NCBI GenBank assembly: GCA_964402375.1
Contig: CAYOCC010000007.1
Span: 8,238 to 72,237 of the forward strand
Direction: 5' to 3'
Length of the DNA stretch: 64,000 nucleotides
DNA from: an uncultured Flavobacterium sp.
GTDB taxonomy: Bacteria; Bacteroidota; Bacteroidia; Flavobacteriales; Flavobacteriaceae
Notes under the pieces: generated by a model
What the model saw: only the letters and a program-made list of their open reading frames with translations
Told to the model about the DNA's origin: nothing
Databases searched by the model: none
Translations under genes and position numbers: made by a program
In this document: positions 48,107 through 59,236 of the stretch, piece after piece
Position numbering within the stretch: position 1 is the first letter of the stretch
How the letters are laid out: each line of letters starts with the position of its first letter

Positions 48107-48493
48107 ATGACTACTCAAATCACAAGTAATATTAAAATTTCGGTGAGTACTAGTTACGAAGGTACTTATTATAAAGCGGATCAAATGCTCTATGCCTTTT
48201 CTTATCAAATTACTATTGAAAATTTAAGTTCGGATGTGGTCCAATTGCAAACCCGTCATTGGAATATTTTCGATTCATTAAATGATATTGAAACTGTAGA
48301 CGGCGATGGCGTAGTTGGACAAACACCTATTATTGTTCCTGGCGAAAAATATATTTATTCCTCGGGTTGTATGTTAAAAGGCACTTTAGGTGCTATGAAT
48401 GGATTTTATACCATGGCGAATTTTTCAAACAATACCATTTTTAAGGTCCAAATTCCTACTTTTAAATTAGTTGTTCCTTTTGCGATAAATTAA
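48107..48493 (+). CDS. apaG: ApaG protein
   Basis: FSYQITIEN, QLQTRHW.I, GDGVVGQTP, YSSGC. Confidence 0.92.
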   Translation: MTTQITSNIKISVSTSYEGTYYKADQMLYAFSYQITIENLSSDVVQLQTRHWNIFDSLNDIETVDGDGVVGQTPIIVPGEKYIYSSGCMLKGTLGAMNGFYTMANFSNNTIFKVQIPTFKLVVPFAIN

Positions 48494-48570
48494 ACTTAAC
48501 CCAAACTTTCGAAGCCAATAATTTATTTTAGAATTCAATTAATCCTTTGTACTTTTGTTTACGTTTTTTA

Positions 48571-48611
48571 TCTAAAAATCTAATTTGTCTAATAATCTAA
48601 TAATCTAATAA
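48571..48611 (+). repeat. Octamer tandem repeat (TCTAATAA)n in pruA leader
   Basis: TCTAAAAA TCTAATTTG TCTAATAA TCTAATAA TCTAATAA directly before the ATG; TACTTTTG promoter at 48550-48557. Confidence 0.7.
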
Positions 48612-50237
48612 ATGTTAAAAGGATTTTTTAATATACCGAAAGCGGTAAACGAGCCTGTTAAAAGCTACGCGCCAAATTCTCCAGAAAAAATAAGTGTTTT
48701 AGAAGCATATAAAACCATGTGGAATTCGAAAATTGATGTGCCATTATACATTGGTTCCGAAGAAATTTTCACAGGAAACACTAGAAACATGTCGGCACCA
48801 CATGATCACCAACATGTTGTTGGAACCTATCATTTAGCCGAAAAATCTCATGTAGAAAAAGCCATTGCAAATGCTTTAGAAAGCAGAACAAAATGGGCAA
48901 ACATGGCTTGGGAACAACGTGCAGCTATCTTTTTAAAAGCAGCTGAATTAATCGCTGGACCTTACCGAGCAAAAATAAATGCTGCAACCATGATTGCGCA
49001 ATCTAAAACGATACACCAAGCAGAAATAGATGCTTCTTGTGAATTAATTGACTTTTTACGTTTCAACGTAGAATTTATGACGAAAATTTATGCAGACCAA
49101 CCTGCCTCTAATTCTGATATGTGGAACAGAGTGGAATATAGACCGCTTGAAGGTTTTGTTTATGCTGTAACACCTTTTAATTTTACTGCAATTGCGGCAA
49201 ATTTACCAGCAAGTGCTGCATTAATGGGTAATGTAGTGGTGTGGAAACCAAGTGATAGCCAAGTATTTTCTGCAAAAATTATTATAGATGTATTTAAAGA
49301 AGCAGGTGTTCCTGACGGCGTAATTAATGTTGTTTTTGGAGATCCAGTTATGATTACAGATACCGTTTTAGCTTCTCCAGATTTTGCTGGAATCCATTAC
49401 ACAGGTTCTACATTTATCTTCAAAGAAATTTGGAAAAAAATCGGAGAAAATATTCACATCTACAAAACATATCCAAGAATTGTTGGAGAAACTGGTGGAA
49501 AAGATTTTATTATTGCACATCCATCTGCAAATGTAAAACAAGTAACAACTGCGATTACTCGTGGTGCTTTTGAATTCCAAGGACAAAAATGTTCGGCAGC
49601 ATCAAGAGCTTATATTCCACAATCTATGTGGCCTGCAGTAAAAGAACAATTAATTGCAGATGTTGCATCTATGAAAATGGGTTCGCCAGAAGATTTTTCA
49701 AACTTTGTTACTGCAGTAATTCATGAAGGCTCATTTGATAAATTAGCCCGTTTTATAGACCAAGCTAAAATAGACACCGATGCAGAAGTTATTCTTGGAG
49801 GAAATTACAACAAATCTAAAGGTTATTTTGTTGAACCAACAGTTATTTTAACTTCAAATCCGAAATACGCTACAATGGAAACAGAACTTTTTGGACCCGT
49901 TATTACAATTTATGTATATGAAGATGCAAAATGGGCTGAAACCTTAACTTTAGTTGACCAAACCTCTGAATATGCGTTAACAGGAGCTGTTTTAAGCACT
50001 GATAGATATGCGATAGAAGAGGCGACTGTAGCGTTGCAAAATGCAGCAGGGAACTTCTATATTAACGACAAACCAACAGGTGCTGTTGTAGGAATGCAAC
50101 CATTTGGGGGCGCAAGAGCGTCAGGAACAAATGATAAAGCAGGTTCGTCACAAAACTTATTGCGTTGGGTTTCTCCAAGAACTATAAAAGAAACTTTCGT
50201 AACACCAGAACATTATAGTTATCCATTTTTAGGATAA
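48612..50237 (+). CDS. pruA: L-glutamate gamma-semialdehyde (P5C) dehydrogenase
   Basis: ALDH fold: PFNF, GETGGK, FQGQKCSA, ELFGP, QPFGGARASGTNDK. Confidence 0.95.
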   Translation: MLKGFFNIPKAVNEPVKSYAPNSPEKISVLEAYKTMWNSKIDVPLYIGSEEIFTGNTRNMSAPHDHQHVVGTYHLAEKSHVEKAIANALESRTKWANMAWEQRAAIFLKAAELIAGPYRAKINAATMIAQSKTIHQAEIDASCELIDFLRFNVEFMTKIYADQPASNSDMWNRVEYRPLEGFVYAVTPFNFTAIAANLPASAALMGNVVVWKPSDSQVFSAKIIIDVFKEAGVPDGVINVVFGDPVMITDTVLASPDFAGIHYTGSTFIFKEIWKKIGENIHIYKTYPRIVGETGGKDFIIAHPSANVKQVTTAITRGAFEFQGQKCSAASRAYIPQSMWPAVKEQLIADVASMKMGSPEDFSNFVTAVIHEGSFDKLARFIDQAKIDTDAEVILGGNYNKSKGYFVEPTVILTSNPKYATMETELFGPVITIYVYEDAKWAETLTLVDQTSEYALTGAVLSTDRYAIEEATVALQNAAGNFYINDKPTGAVVGMQPFGGARASGTNDKAGSSQNLLRWVSPRTIKETFVTPEHYSYPFLG

Positions 50238-50267
50238 TTTTAAAAATATAAAACTTGATTAATGCTT

Positions 50268-50304
50268 AAAAAAAACGCCATTCTTAAAAGACTGGCGTTT
50301 TTTT
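50268..50304. terminator. Bidirectional intrinsic terminator
   Basis: A8-CGCCA..TGGCG-T7 between convergent pruA and sppA. Confidence 0.8.
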
Positions 50305-50336
50305 ATTTTATTTGAAAAGTTATTAGATATAGTATA

Positions 50337-52109
50337 CTATAAATTCAAATCAAACGGCATTAACAATTGTACTCCTTTTCTGTTTTGCATTAATTTAGCT
50401 TTTTTAAGTAAATTATAATTTTCTTCACCCAATTCTTCTTTCATCATAGTTTCTCTTGATTTGTAAATACTTGCTCCTGCTAATGTTTCTAAAATCGCAT
50501 CGAAATCTTTTTTATATTCTGGGTAATTCTCCGTTCTGTAACTTTTTGTTTTTCCTAAAATAGCGGCATGAGCAATTGCTGCATCTAAATTTCCCAACTT
50601 ATCAACTAATCCATTTTTTATGGCGTCAGTTCCAGTCCAAACCCTTCCTTGAGCAATAGCATCTACTTGATCAAAAGTCATTTTCCTTCCTGCTGCCACA
50701 CGATTTATGAATGTTTTATAAACACGATCAACACCTTCTAATGCTATAATTTTGTATTCCTCCGAGATAGGTTCAAAAATACTGTAACCTATTGCATTTT
50801 TATGCGTTTGAATTTGCTCTGCATTTACGCCATATTTGGTAGCAAAACCATGTGCATTTGGCAACATTCCAAAAACACCAATTGATCCAGTAATTGTAGT
50901 AGGTTCTGCGAAAATAGTATTGGCATTACAAGCTATATAATAGCCGCCAGAAGCTGCTAAATTACCCATAGAAACCACTACAGGCTTTACTTTTTTAGTC
51001 AATTCAATTTCTCTCCAAATTAAATCTGAAACCAATGCGCTTCCTCCAGGACTATCTACACGAAGCACTATTGCTTTTACATCGTCATCTTCCCGAGCTT
51101 CTTTTAAAGAACAGTTGATTGAAACTTCACCAATATAATCTACATCACCTTCTCCTCCATTTATATCGCCTTGAGCATAAATTACGGCAATTATATCGTC
51201 TTTGGTGTAATCCTCAGAATTTAAAGTTGTTGTGGCCACATAATCTGAAATTGAAATAGTTGCAATGTCATCAGATTTAGCAATTTTTAATTTGGATTTA
51301 ACAGCATCCGTAAACTCATCTTCATAAGCAACTTTGTCTATTAATTTTTGCTGTAAAGCCATTTCTGGGGTTCTTGCTAATAAATCAGTAGCAATAGCAT
51401 TTAGTTGCGTTACTGAGATGTTTCTGTTTTTTGCAATATCCGAAACTATAGATTCCCACACAGATTGTAACAAAACCGTTACTTGCTCTCTATTTTCTTT
51501 GCTAATTTCTTGCGCCAAAAAAGGTTCTACTGCACTTTTAAATTTTCCATGACGAATAATCTCCATTTTTAGACCCGATTGATCTTGAAAATTTTTAAAA
51601 AATAACATTTCTGTTCCTAATCCTTTAAAATCCATTTCGCCAGCAGGATTCAGATAAATATCATCTGCTACTGAACTAATATAATATTCATTTTGAGAAA
51701 AAACAGTGGCATAAGCCATCACAAACTTCTTCGATTTTTTAAAATCTTCCAATTTATCTCTAAGCTCCTTACTTTGAGCCATTCCTAAATTTGATACGTT
51801 GTTTACAAGTGTTATCCCTTTTATTTTGTCGTCGGTTTTTGCCGCATCTATTGCCTTTAAAACTTCTATAAAACCAACTTTATCTTTATCTAAAAGCAAA
51901 CTACTAAATGGACTATCCGAATCAAATTTGCCCGAATAATCAAAATTAATTTTAGCCAAATCTAATTGAATTACAGAATTATCTTTAACCTTAACCTCAT
52001 CGTTACCACTACTAACTAAAGCGCCAAGTCCAATCAGAAAGAAAAAACTTAGTAAAACAAACAAAAATAACCCTACAATTGTTGCAAATACATTCTTTAA
52101 AAAATTCAT
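50337..52109 (-). CDS. sppA: Signal peptide peptidase SppA (67K type)
   Basis: GKFKSAVEP, RVDSPGGS, AASGGY, TGSIGV, GRVWTG. Confidence 0.95.
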   Translation of the reverse strand: MNFLKNVFATIVGLFLFVLLSFFFLIGLGALVSSGNDEVKVKDNSVIQLDLAKINFDYSGKFDSDSPFSSLLLDKDKVGFIEVLKAIDAAKTDDKIKGITLVNNVSNLGMAQSKELRDKLEDFKKSKKFVMAYATVFSQNEYYISSVADDIYLNPAGEMDFKGLGTEMLFFKNFQDQSGLKMEIIRHGKFKSAVEPFLAQEISKENREQVTVLLQSVWESIVSDIAKNRNISVTQLNAIATDLLARTPEMALQQKLIDKVAYEDEFTDAVKSKLKIAKSDDIATISISDYVATTTLNSEDYTKDDIIAVIYAQGDINGGEGDVDYIGEVSINCSLKEAREDDDVKAIVLRVDSPGGSALVSDLIWREIELTKKVKPVVVSMGNLAASGGYYIACNANTIFAEPTTITGSIGVFGMLPNAHGFATKYGVNAEQIQTHKNAIGYSIFEPISEEYKIIALEGVDRVYKTFINRVAAGRKMTFDQVDAIAQGRVWTGTDAIKNGLVDKLGNLDAAIAHAAILGKTKSYRTENYPEYKKDFDAILETLAGASIYKSRETMMKEELGEENYNLLKKAKLMQNRKGVQLLMPFDLNL

Positions 52110-52279
52110 AATTTATCATATTATTTACACATATGTAGCAATTTAAAACAAAATGTTACAGTAATATAAAAAAATGATATTAAAAATATTCGGCTTTTGT
52201 AGAATGAAAATGTAAAATTGTTTGTTAATTTGTTGAAATAAAAAAACATTGGTAAAAGCCAAATTTGTTTTTATATAAT

Positions 52280-53413
52280 ATGAAATTACAAAATACAATA
52301 CTACTTTCTTTAGGAACAAATATGGGTCACAAATTAGAAAATTTGGAGACTTGTGTTATGGCTATTCATAATGATATTGCTACAGTTGTTGAAGTTTCAA
52401 AAGTATACGAAACACCTGCATGGGGATTTGAAAGTGATGTTTTTTATAATTGTGCCATCACGATTCATACTTATAAATCGGCGCAAAAAATACTCAGTGA
52501 GGTTCAAAAATTAGAAAAAAAACTAGGTCGAATTAAAACAAACACTGAGCAATATGAATCGAGAAGTATTGATATTGACATTATTTCTTTTAATGATGAA
52601 ATTATTGAAACTGACAATTTAAAGATTCCACATATTCATTTGCAAAGTAGAAAATTCGTTTTGTTTCCAATAAATGATATTGCCCAAAAATGGAAACACC
52701 CAAAACTTAACAAAACCATTGCTGAATTACTTATTTCTTGTGAAGATACTTCTATTATTAAAGAGATTGGAAATTTACAAAACCCAACGCACCAATTAGC
52801 TTTAAAACAACTAAACTATATAGCAATTGAAGGAAATATTGGTGCTGGAAAAACAACTTTGGCTACAAAAATAGCGGAAGATTGTAATGCAAAAATAATT
52901 TTAGAACGATTTGCTGATAATCCGTTTTTACCAAAATTTTATAAAGATCAGAACCGCTATGCTTTCCCTTTAGAAATGTCATTTTTAGCAGATAGGTACC
53001 AACAATTATCGGATGATTTGGCACAATTTGATTTATTTAAAGATTTTGTGGTGGCCGATTATCATATTTTTAAATCGCAGATATTTGCAAAAGTTACTTT
53101 GCAAGAAGATGAATTTCGTTTATACAAAACCATGTTTGACATAATATATAAAGAAATGCCAAAGCCCGATTTATATGTTTATTTATACCAAAATACCAAT
53201 CGATTATTGGCTAACATAAAAAAACGTGGAAGAAGTTATGAACAAGAAATTTCCTCAAATTATTTAGAAAAAATAAACCAAGGCTATTTGGAATATATTA
53301 AGTCGCAAACTGATATCAATGTATTAATTATCGATATTTCTGATTTAGATTTTGTAAAAAAACAAGAAGATTATATTTTTATATTGAATGAAATTAAAAA
53401 TAAAATACAATAA
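52280..53413 (+). CDS. folK: FolK (HPPK) fused to deoxynucleoside kinase domain
   Basis: LSLGTN, YETPAWG, R.IDIDI, PH..L..RKFVL (HPPK), then IEGNIGAGKTT and FLADRY (dNK); start re-assigned to 52280. Confidence 0.9.
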   Translation: MKLQNTILLSLGTNMGHKLENLETCVMAIHNDIATVVEVSKVYETPAWGFESDVFYNCAITIHTYKSAQKILSEVQKLEKKLGRIKTNTEQYESRSIDIDIISFNDEIIETDNLKIPHIHLQSRKFVLFPINDIAQKWKHPKLNKTIAELLISCEDTSIIKEIGNLQNPTHQLALKQLNYIAIEGNIGAGKTTLATKIAEDCNAKIILERFADNPFLPKFYKDQNRYAFPLEMSFLADRYQQLSDDLAQFDLFKDFVVADYHIFKSQIFAKVTLQEDEFRLYKTMFDIIYKEMPKPDLYVYLYQNTNRLLANIKKRGRSYEQEISSNYLEKINQGYLEYIKSQTDINVLIIDISDLDFVKKQEDYIFILNEIKNKIQ

Positions 53414-53417
53414 AAAA

Positions 53418-55478
53418 TTATCTTTTTAATGTAAAATGACCTTTTATTTCAGGAGTATTATTCCCTAAATTTGCTACAAACCAATAATCCGAAGACGAAA
53501 CATTTTCACCATTTAGCCTGCCATCCCAATATGTATTTTTATTATTTAATACCGTAATTAGTTGCCCATATCTATCAAAAATAGCGATTTTAGCATCAGG
53601 ATATAAGTGCATGCCATTTATTTTCCAATAATCGTTAAATCCATCTGCATTTGGTGTAAAAAACTTTGGATAATCAATTACCACAAAATCTTGATAATCA
53701 TAACCGCAATTTGTTCCTATTTCTTTAACATAACAAGTATAAACGCCTCCCACTGTAAAATTAAAAACATTAGAACTTTGAAAATGAATATTATCTAAAG
53801 AATATTCATAAATTCCTGTTCCTGTAATACTTATTTCGGCGGTTAATCCTTCTACTTTTATAAAAGTAATTTCTGGTGCCGTATTTTCAATAACTGTAAA
53901 ATTCTTCGTTAAATTACAATTTAAAGGAGTTGTTATTATTACTGAATAAGTTCCCGCTGAACCAACAGAACAATTTTGAGTAATGGCTCCTGTGGACCAT
54001 AAATAAGTACCACCTGAAATTCCAGATTGGAGTATAACAGATGTATTCTCACAAAAAATAATCGTTTCGTCAACCACAATTGGAGCTGCAACAACCTGAA
54101 CTGGAATTGCCAACCTATTAGATGGGCAACCATTACTTATCGCTTCAATGTAATAAGTTGTAGAAGCGTTTAAGTTGGGTGTGGTAAAAGAAGTTCCTGT
54201 AAAAATTGGTGTCAAACTTGTATTAGAATCATACCAATTTAAAACACCTATTGTTGTATTAGCTTGAATTGTAATGTTGGTGTTTTGGCAAACAGGATTG
54301 GGAGCTATAAAACTAATTACGGGAACTTCAATTATAGTTGCAGTAACTTGCACTCTATTTCCCAAACCGCAACCTATTGGAAAAGCATCGACGTAATAGT
54401 TAGTTGTTGTATTTAATACTGGTGTGTTAAATGAATTTCCTGAAAAAATTGGCGTTCCTCCAGTTGGTGTTGTATACCAATTACAGCTTCCAATATTTGA
54501 TGTAGCTTGAAGTAAAACTGAACCTGAACCACATCTAATTGCGCCTAATGGGTTAGATATAACCGGAATTGTGATAATCGAAGTCGTGGAAATCTGCAAA
54601 ATAGGATCGCCAGGCATTCCGCCATATTCTACAATGTATCCTTTTGGTTGGTAATCTCCATTGGTGGCACCAAAATCAGTTAAATCATTCCACGAACCTG
54701 GTTGTCCTACTCCTGGCGCCGTAACGTGTGCATAATCTTCCTCACCTTGGTTGTTTGGTTCGTTCGTATTCCAAAAAGCAAAATTTGGTGTATTACCGGT
54801 TACTGATCCATTCCAAAAGGTAGTACCAAGTTCTGGTCCTGTAACCCATTTCCAAACGCCTTCATTTACTTCATCTGAACCGCCAATCCATCCGGCTCCA
54901 GTAACCTGAACACCAGATATTTGAACTTCATCAACCGTTGTAATTGTAGCCAAATATCCTTGTAAACCATAATAAGTTGAAGCTGCAGCAGCATTTTTAG
55001 CGTTTGTCCAACTAATTCCAGTATTTGGAATATATTGATAGTAATGATCTGTTGATTCTAAATAATTTGCTTGCCCGATAGTAATTGAAAAAATACGTTG
55101 CCCGCTAGGATTTAGGGCTGAATTTGTAAAAACCACCGATTCAATAGCCGCTTTAAATTGCAAATAACTAGGTTCGCCACTTATTCCACTTAAGGTTAAT
55201 TTTCCCTCTGTTGCATTCCAAGAGGAAATTATAGCAGGATGAATTCCTGTTAATGTTAATACATCTTGACCAAAAACGTAACCAGAAGAAATTTGAATGT
55301 ACATAGCAGCAATTCCAACATCATCTGGATCTGTAATAGACATATTGGTAACAATAGGCAAAGAAGTTTGAGGGCAATATATCTGATTTCCTGTTGCTTG
55401 TAATATAGGCGCTACATTTTGAGCTATTGCTACACTTGTTAATATGAAAAAACAAAGTGATTTTAAAAATTTAATCAT
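53418..55478 (-). CDS. T9SS type B cargo with C-type lectin and Ig-like domains
   Basis: Signal peptide; WTNAK..GYLATI..WIGG..EPN..WND lectin; two WY..P.G..F.TP..TTYY Ig repeats; PKFFTPNADGFND..IFDRYG..KGHFTLKR type-B CTD. Confidence 0.88.
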   Translation of the reverse strand: MIKFLKSLCFFILTSVAIAQNVAPILQATGNQIYCPQTSLPIVTNMSITDPDDVGIAAMYIQISSGYVFGQDVLTLTGIHPAIISSWNATEGKLTLSGISGEPSYLQFKAAIESVVFTNSALNPSGQRIFSITIGQANYLESTDHYYQYIPNTGISWTNAKNAAAASTYYGLQGYLATITTVDEVQISGVQVTGAGWIGGSDEVNEGVWKWVTGPELGTTFWNGSVTGNTPNFAFWNTNEPNNQGEEDYAHVTAPGVGQPGSWNDLTDFGATNGDYQPKGYIVEYGGMPGDPILQISTTSIITIPVISNPLGAIRCGSGSVLLQATSNIGSCNWYTTPTGGTPIFSGNSFNTPVLNTTTNYYVDAFPIGCGLGNRVQVTATIIEVPVISFIAPNPVCQNTNITIQANTTIGVLNWYDSNTSLTPIFTGTSFTTPNLNASTTYYIEAISNGCPSNRLAIPVQVVAAPIVVDETIIFCENTSVILQSGISGGTYLWSTGAITQNCSVGSAGTYSVIITTPLNCNLTKNFTVIENTAPEITFIKVEGLTAEISITGTGIYEYSLDNIHFQSSNVFNFTVGGVYTCYVKEIGTNCGYDYQDFVVIDYPKFFTPNADGFNDYWKINGMHLYPDAKIAIFDRYGQLITVLNNKNTYWDGRLNGENVSSSDYWFVANLGNNTPEIKGHFTLKR

Positions 55479-55508
55479 TTTACAAAGATATAACTAGAAA
55501 GTAATTAA

Positions 55509-56045
55509 TTATTTATTTTTAAGCAACTTTTGAAACAAGTCCCAAATTACGATTCCTGCACTGACTGAAATATTTAAAGAATGTTTGCTTCCTAATTGCG
55601 GTATTTCTATAACACCATCAGATAAATTAATGGCTTCCTGAGCAACGCCTTTAACTTCATTCCCAAAAATTAAAGCATATTTTGTTTCCGTTTCTGGCTC
55701 AAAGTTATCTAACATAATCGCATTTTCAGTTTGCTCAATTGAATAAATTCTTACATTTTCCGCTTTCAATTTCGATATTACTTCTAATACATCTTTTGCA
55801 TATTCCCAAGTTACGGTTTCAGTTGCGCCTAAGGCCGTTTTATGAATTTCTTTATTTGGAGGAACAGCCGTAATACCACATAAATAGATTTTTTCAATCA
55901 AAAACGCATCTGAAGTCCTAAAAACAGAACCAATATTGTGCAAACTTCTAATATCGTCTAATACAATAATTAAAGGTGTTTTTTTAGCTTCAGCAAATGC
56001 AGCTTTACTTATTCGATTTAATTCGGCGTTGGCTAATTTTCTCAT
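55509..56045 (-). CDS. SpoU/TrmH family RNA methyltransferase
   Basis: HNIGSVFRT, IFGNEVKG, IPQLG.KHSLNISV. Confidence 0.92.
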   Translation of the reverse strand: MRKLANAELNRISKAAFAEAKKTPLIIVLDDIRSLHNIGSVFRTSDAFLIEKIYLCGITAVPPNKEIHKTALGATETVTWEYAKDVLEVISKLKAENVRIYSIEQTENAIMLDNFEPETETKYALIFGNEVKGVAQEAINLSDGVIEIPQLGSKHSLNISVSAGIVIWDLFQKLLKNK

Positions 56046-56296
56046 CTTACAAAAGTATAGATAATTTTCAATTCATCAATATGTCGATTTGTCATTTTTG
56101 GAATTGGTACACAGATTTGACTGATTAAACAGATTTATGATCTACTTTTTTTCAACACAGATTAGAGAAATTTCCATAATTTATATAATTTCTTCAATAT
56201 GTGTTCCCAACTTATGAACTTAAAATTGAATTTTGAGATTCTAATTGCTATTGAATTTTGAATTTACTAACTTCGTACTCACTAAAATTTTACATT

Positions 56297-58921
56297 GTGG
56301 CTAAAAAATCAGCATCCGAAATAAAAGAATCTACTCCTAAAGTATCTCCATTAATGCAACAATACAATACCATTAAGGCAAAATATCCTGATGCGTGTTT
56401 GTTGTTTCGTGTGGGCGATTTTTATGAAACATTCGGTGATGACGCGATTCGAGCTTCCAGAATTTTAGGGATAACTTTAACCAAACGTGGAAATGGCAGC
56501 GAAAGTGAAACCGCTTTGGCAGGATTTCCGCATCATTCAATCAATACGTATTTACCAAAATTAGTAAAAGCTGGATTAAGAGTTGCCATTTGTGATCAAT
56601 TGGAAGATCCTAAAATGACTAAAACCATAGTAAAGCGTGGGGTTACCGAATTAGTTACACCCGGAGTTTCTTTTAACGACGACATTTTACAATCGAAATC
56701 TAATAATTTTTTAGCAGCCGTATTTTTAGGTAAAAAAACCAATGGAATTTCATTTTTAGATGTTTCCACTGGCGAATTTTTAACTGCCGAAGGAAACGAA
56801 GAATACATTGACAAATTATTACAAAATTTTAGACCGAGTGAGGTTTTAGTTTCAAAACAACAAAAGGCAGATTTTAAACAACATTTTGGAGAAGATTTTC
56901 ACGTTTTCTATTTAGAAGATTGGATTTATAAAGAAGATTTTGCTTTTGAAAGCTTAACCAAACATTTTCAAACCAATTCATTAAAAGGTTTTGGTATAGA
57001 TGATTTCAATGATGCCATTATTTCTTCAGGTGCTATTTTGTATTATTTATCAGAAACACAACACAATAAAATTCAACATATTACGAACATTCAACGCATC
57101 GCAGAAGATGCTTATGTTTGGATGGATAAATTCACAATTCGCAATTTAGAATTATACCATAGTTACAATCCTAATGCGGTTACTTTAATTGATGTGATCG
57201 ATAAAACGCTTTCGCCAATGGGTTCGCGATTGCTAAAACGTTGGTTAGCATTGCCTTTGAAAGACATCAATAAAATTAAAGGCCGACATGAAGTGGTGGC
57301 ATATTTAAAAGAAAATTCAGAAGAATTACAACAAATACAATACCAAATAAAACAAATTTCCGATTTGGAACGTTTGATTTCAAAAGTAGCGACTGGAAAA
57401 GTTTCACCAATAGAAGTCATTCATTTAAAAGATTCATTAGACGCTATTATTCCGATTAAAACTTTGGCTTTACAATCTAAAAACGAAGCCTTAAAAACCA
57501 TTGGCGATAGTTTGCATGCTTGCGAATTATTACGTGAAAAAATTGGAACAACTTTAAATCCTGAAGCACCAGTTGCCATTAACAAAGGAAATGCAATTGC
57601 TATTGGTGTAAACACAGAATTAGATGAGTTACGAACTATTTCATCAACAGGAAAAGGTTATTTAGAAGCTTTAGAAAAACGCGAAAGTGAAACAACTGGA
57701 ATTCCTTCGCTAAAAATATCGTTTAATTCTGTTTTTGGATATTATATTGAAGTACGAAATACACATAAAGACAAAGTACCTTCAGAATGGATTAGAAAGC
57801 AAACATTAGTAAATGCAGAAAGATACATTACAGAAGAATTAAAAGAATATGAATCGAAAATTTTAGGAGCAGAAGATAAAATTTCGCAACTAGAAAGTAT
57901 GCTATATGAACAATTGGTCAATTGGATGGCAACGTACATCAAACCTGTTCAGTTAAATGCCAATTTAGTAGCACAAATTGACTGCTTACAAAGTTTTGCT
58001 CAAATGGCAATTGATAACAAGTATGTGCAACCTGAAATAGATGACACATTTGATTTAGACATTAAAGAAGGACGCCACCCGGTTATAGAAAAGCAACTTC
58101 CTATTGGCACGCCTTATATTTCAAATAATGTTTTTTTAGATAGAGAAACACAACAATTAATTATGATAACCGGTCCAAATATGTCTGGTAAATCTGCGAT
58201 ATTAAGACAAACGGCTTTAATTGTATTACTTGCCCAAATGGGAAGTTTTGTGCCTGCAGAACAAGTAAGAATGGGTGTTGTAGATAAAATTTTTACACGT
58301 GTTGGTGCAAGTGATAATATTTCGATGGGCGAATCAACTTTTATGGTAGAAATGAACGAAACTGCTTCTATTTTGAATAATATTTCCGAAAGAAGTTTGG
58401 TTTTGTTAGACGAAATCGGAAGAGGTACCTCAACGTATGACGGAATTTCAATTGCATGGGCTATTGCTGAATATTTACACGAACATCCTAGTAAAGCCAA
58501 AACGCTTTTCGCTACCCATTACCATGAATTAAATGAGATGGAAGCGATTTTTACGCGTGTACAAAATTTCAATGTTTCTGTTAAAGAATTAAAAGATACC
58601 GTTTTATTTATTAGAAAATTAGTAAAAGGAGGAAGCGAACACAGTTTTGGAATTCATGTTGCAAAAATGGCAGGAATGCCACAAACAGTAATTCAAAAAG
58701 CACAAAAAATATTAAAAAAATTAGAGAAAGACCATTCCGGAGAAGCTTTAAACGGAATTAAATCTGAAAAAGAGGAACTGCAATTGAGTTTTTTCAACCT
58801 AGACGATCCGTTATTGGAAAATTTAAAAGATGAAATTATGAATATTGATATCAATACTTTAACGCCCGTTGAAGCTTTAATGAAATTGAATGAAATAAAA
58901 AGAATGTTAACGAAAAAATAA
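56297..58921 (+). CDS. mutS: DNA mismatch repair protein MutS
   Basis: [37 protein letters not shown]; probable GTG start at 56297. Confidence 0.97.
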   Translation: MAKKSASEIKESTPKVSPLMQQYNTIKAKYPDACLLFRVGDFYETFGDDAIRASRILGITLTKRGNGSESETALAGFPHHSINTYLPKLVKAGLRVAICDQLEDPKMTKTIVKRGVTELVTPGVSFNDDILQSKSNNFLAAVFLGKKTNGISFLDVSTGEFLTAEGNEEYIDKLLQNFRPSEVLVSKQQKADFKQHFGEDFHVFYLEDWIYKEDFAFESLTKHFQTNSLKGFGIDDFNDAIISSGAILYYLSETQHNKIQHITNIQRIAEDAYVWMDKFTIRNLELYHSYNPNAVTLIDVIDKTLSPMGSRLLKRWLALPLKDINKIKGRHEVVAYLKENSEELQQIQYQIKQISDLERLISKVATGKVSPIEVIHLKDSLDAIIPIKTLALQSKNEALKTIGDSLHACELLREKIGTTLNPEAPVAINKGNAIAIGVNTELDELRTISSTGKGYLEALEKRESETTGIPSLKISFNSVFGYYIEVRNTHKDKVPSEWIRKQTLVNAERYITEELKEYESKILGAEDKISQLESMLYEQLVNWMATYIKPVQLNANLVAQIDCLQSFAQMAIDNKYVQPEIDDTFDLDIKEGRHPVIEKQLPIGTPYISNNVFLDRETQQLIMITGPNMSGKSAILRQTALIVLLAQMGSFVPAEQVRMGVVDKIFTRVGASDNISMGESTFMVEMNETASILNNISERSLVLLDEIGRGTSTYDGISIAWAIAEYLHEHPSKAKTLFATHYHELNEMEAIFTRVQNFNVSVKELKDTVLFIRKLVKGGSEHSFGIHVAKMAGMPQTVIQKAQKILKKLEKDHSGEALNGIKSEKEELQLSFFNLDDPLLENLKDEIMNIDINTLTPVEALMKLNEIKRMLTKK

Positions 58922-58986
58922 ATTTAGTTTAACTTTTTCACTTTCAAATCATTAAAAAAAAGATTAGATTTTTTTAGTAAAACTAC

Positions 58987-59057
58987 TTGTGAGAATAAAA
59001 ATATATATTATATTTGCACTCGCATTACGCAAGAAATGCGAACGTTCTTTAAAAATT
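58987..59057 (+). promoter_or_regulatory. tRNA operon promoter with leader hairpin and boxA-like element
   Basis: TTG at 58987, TATATTTG 59009-59016, hairpin TCGCATT/AATGCGA 59020-59041, GTTCTTTAAAAATT 59044-59057. Confidence 0.65.
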
Positions 59058-59130
59058 GCGAAAATAGCTCAGCTGGTAGAGCGCGACCTTGCCAAGGTCG
59101 AGGTCGCGGGTTCGAGCCCCGTTTTTCGCT
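59058..59130 (+). tRNA. tRNA-Gly(GCC)
   Basis: GCGAAAA/TTTTCGC acceptor, anticodon loop TTGCCAA, GGTTCGA T-loop. Confidence 0.96.
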
Positions 59131-59236
59131 CAATATTATAAAAATACCAATTGTTGTGTTTACACAATAAAATGCTCGAGTATATCTTTAATTAATTTTT
59201 ATAAAAATTAGCTAAAATAATTCAAAAAGCAGGCAT

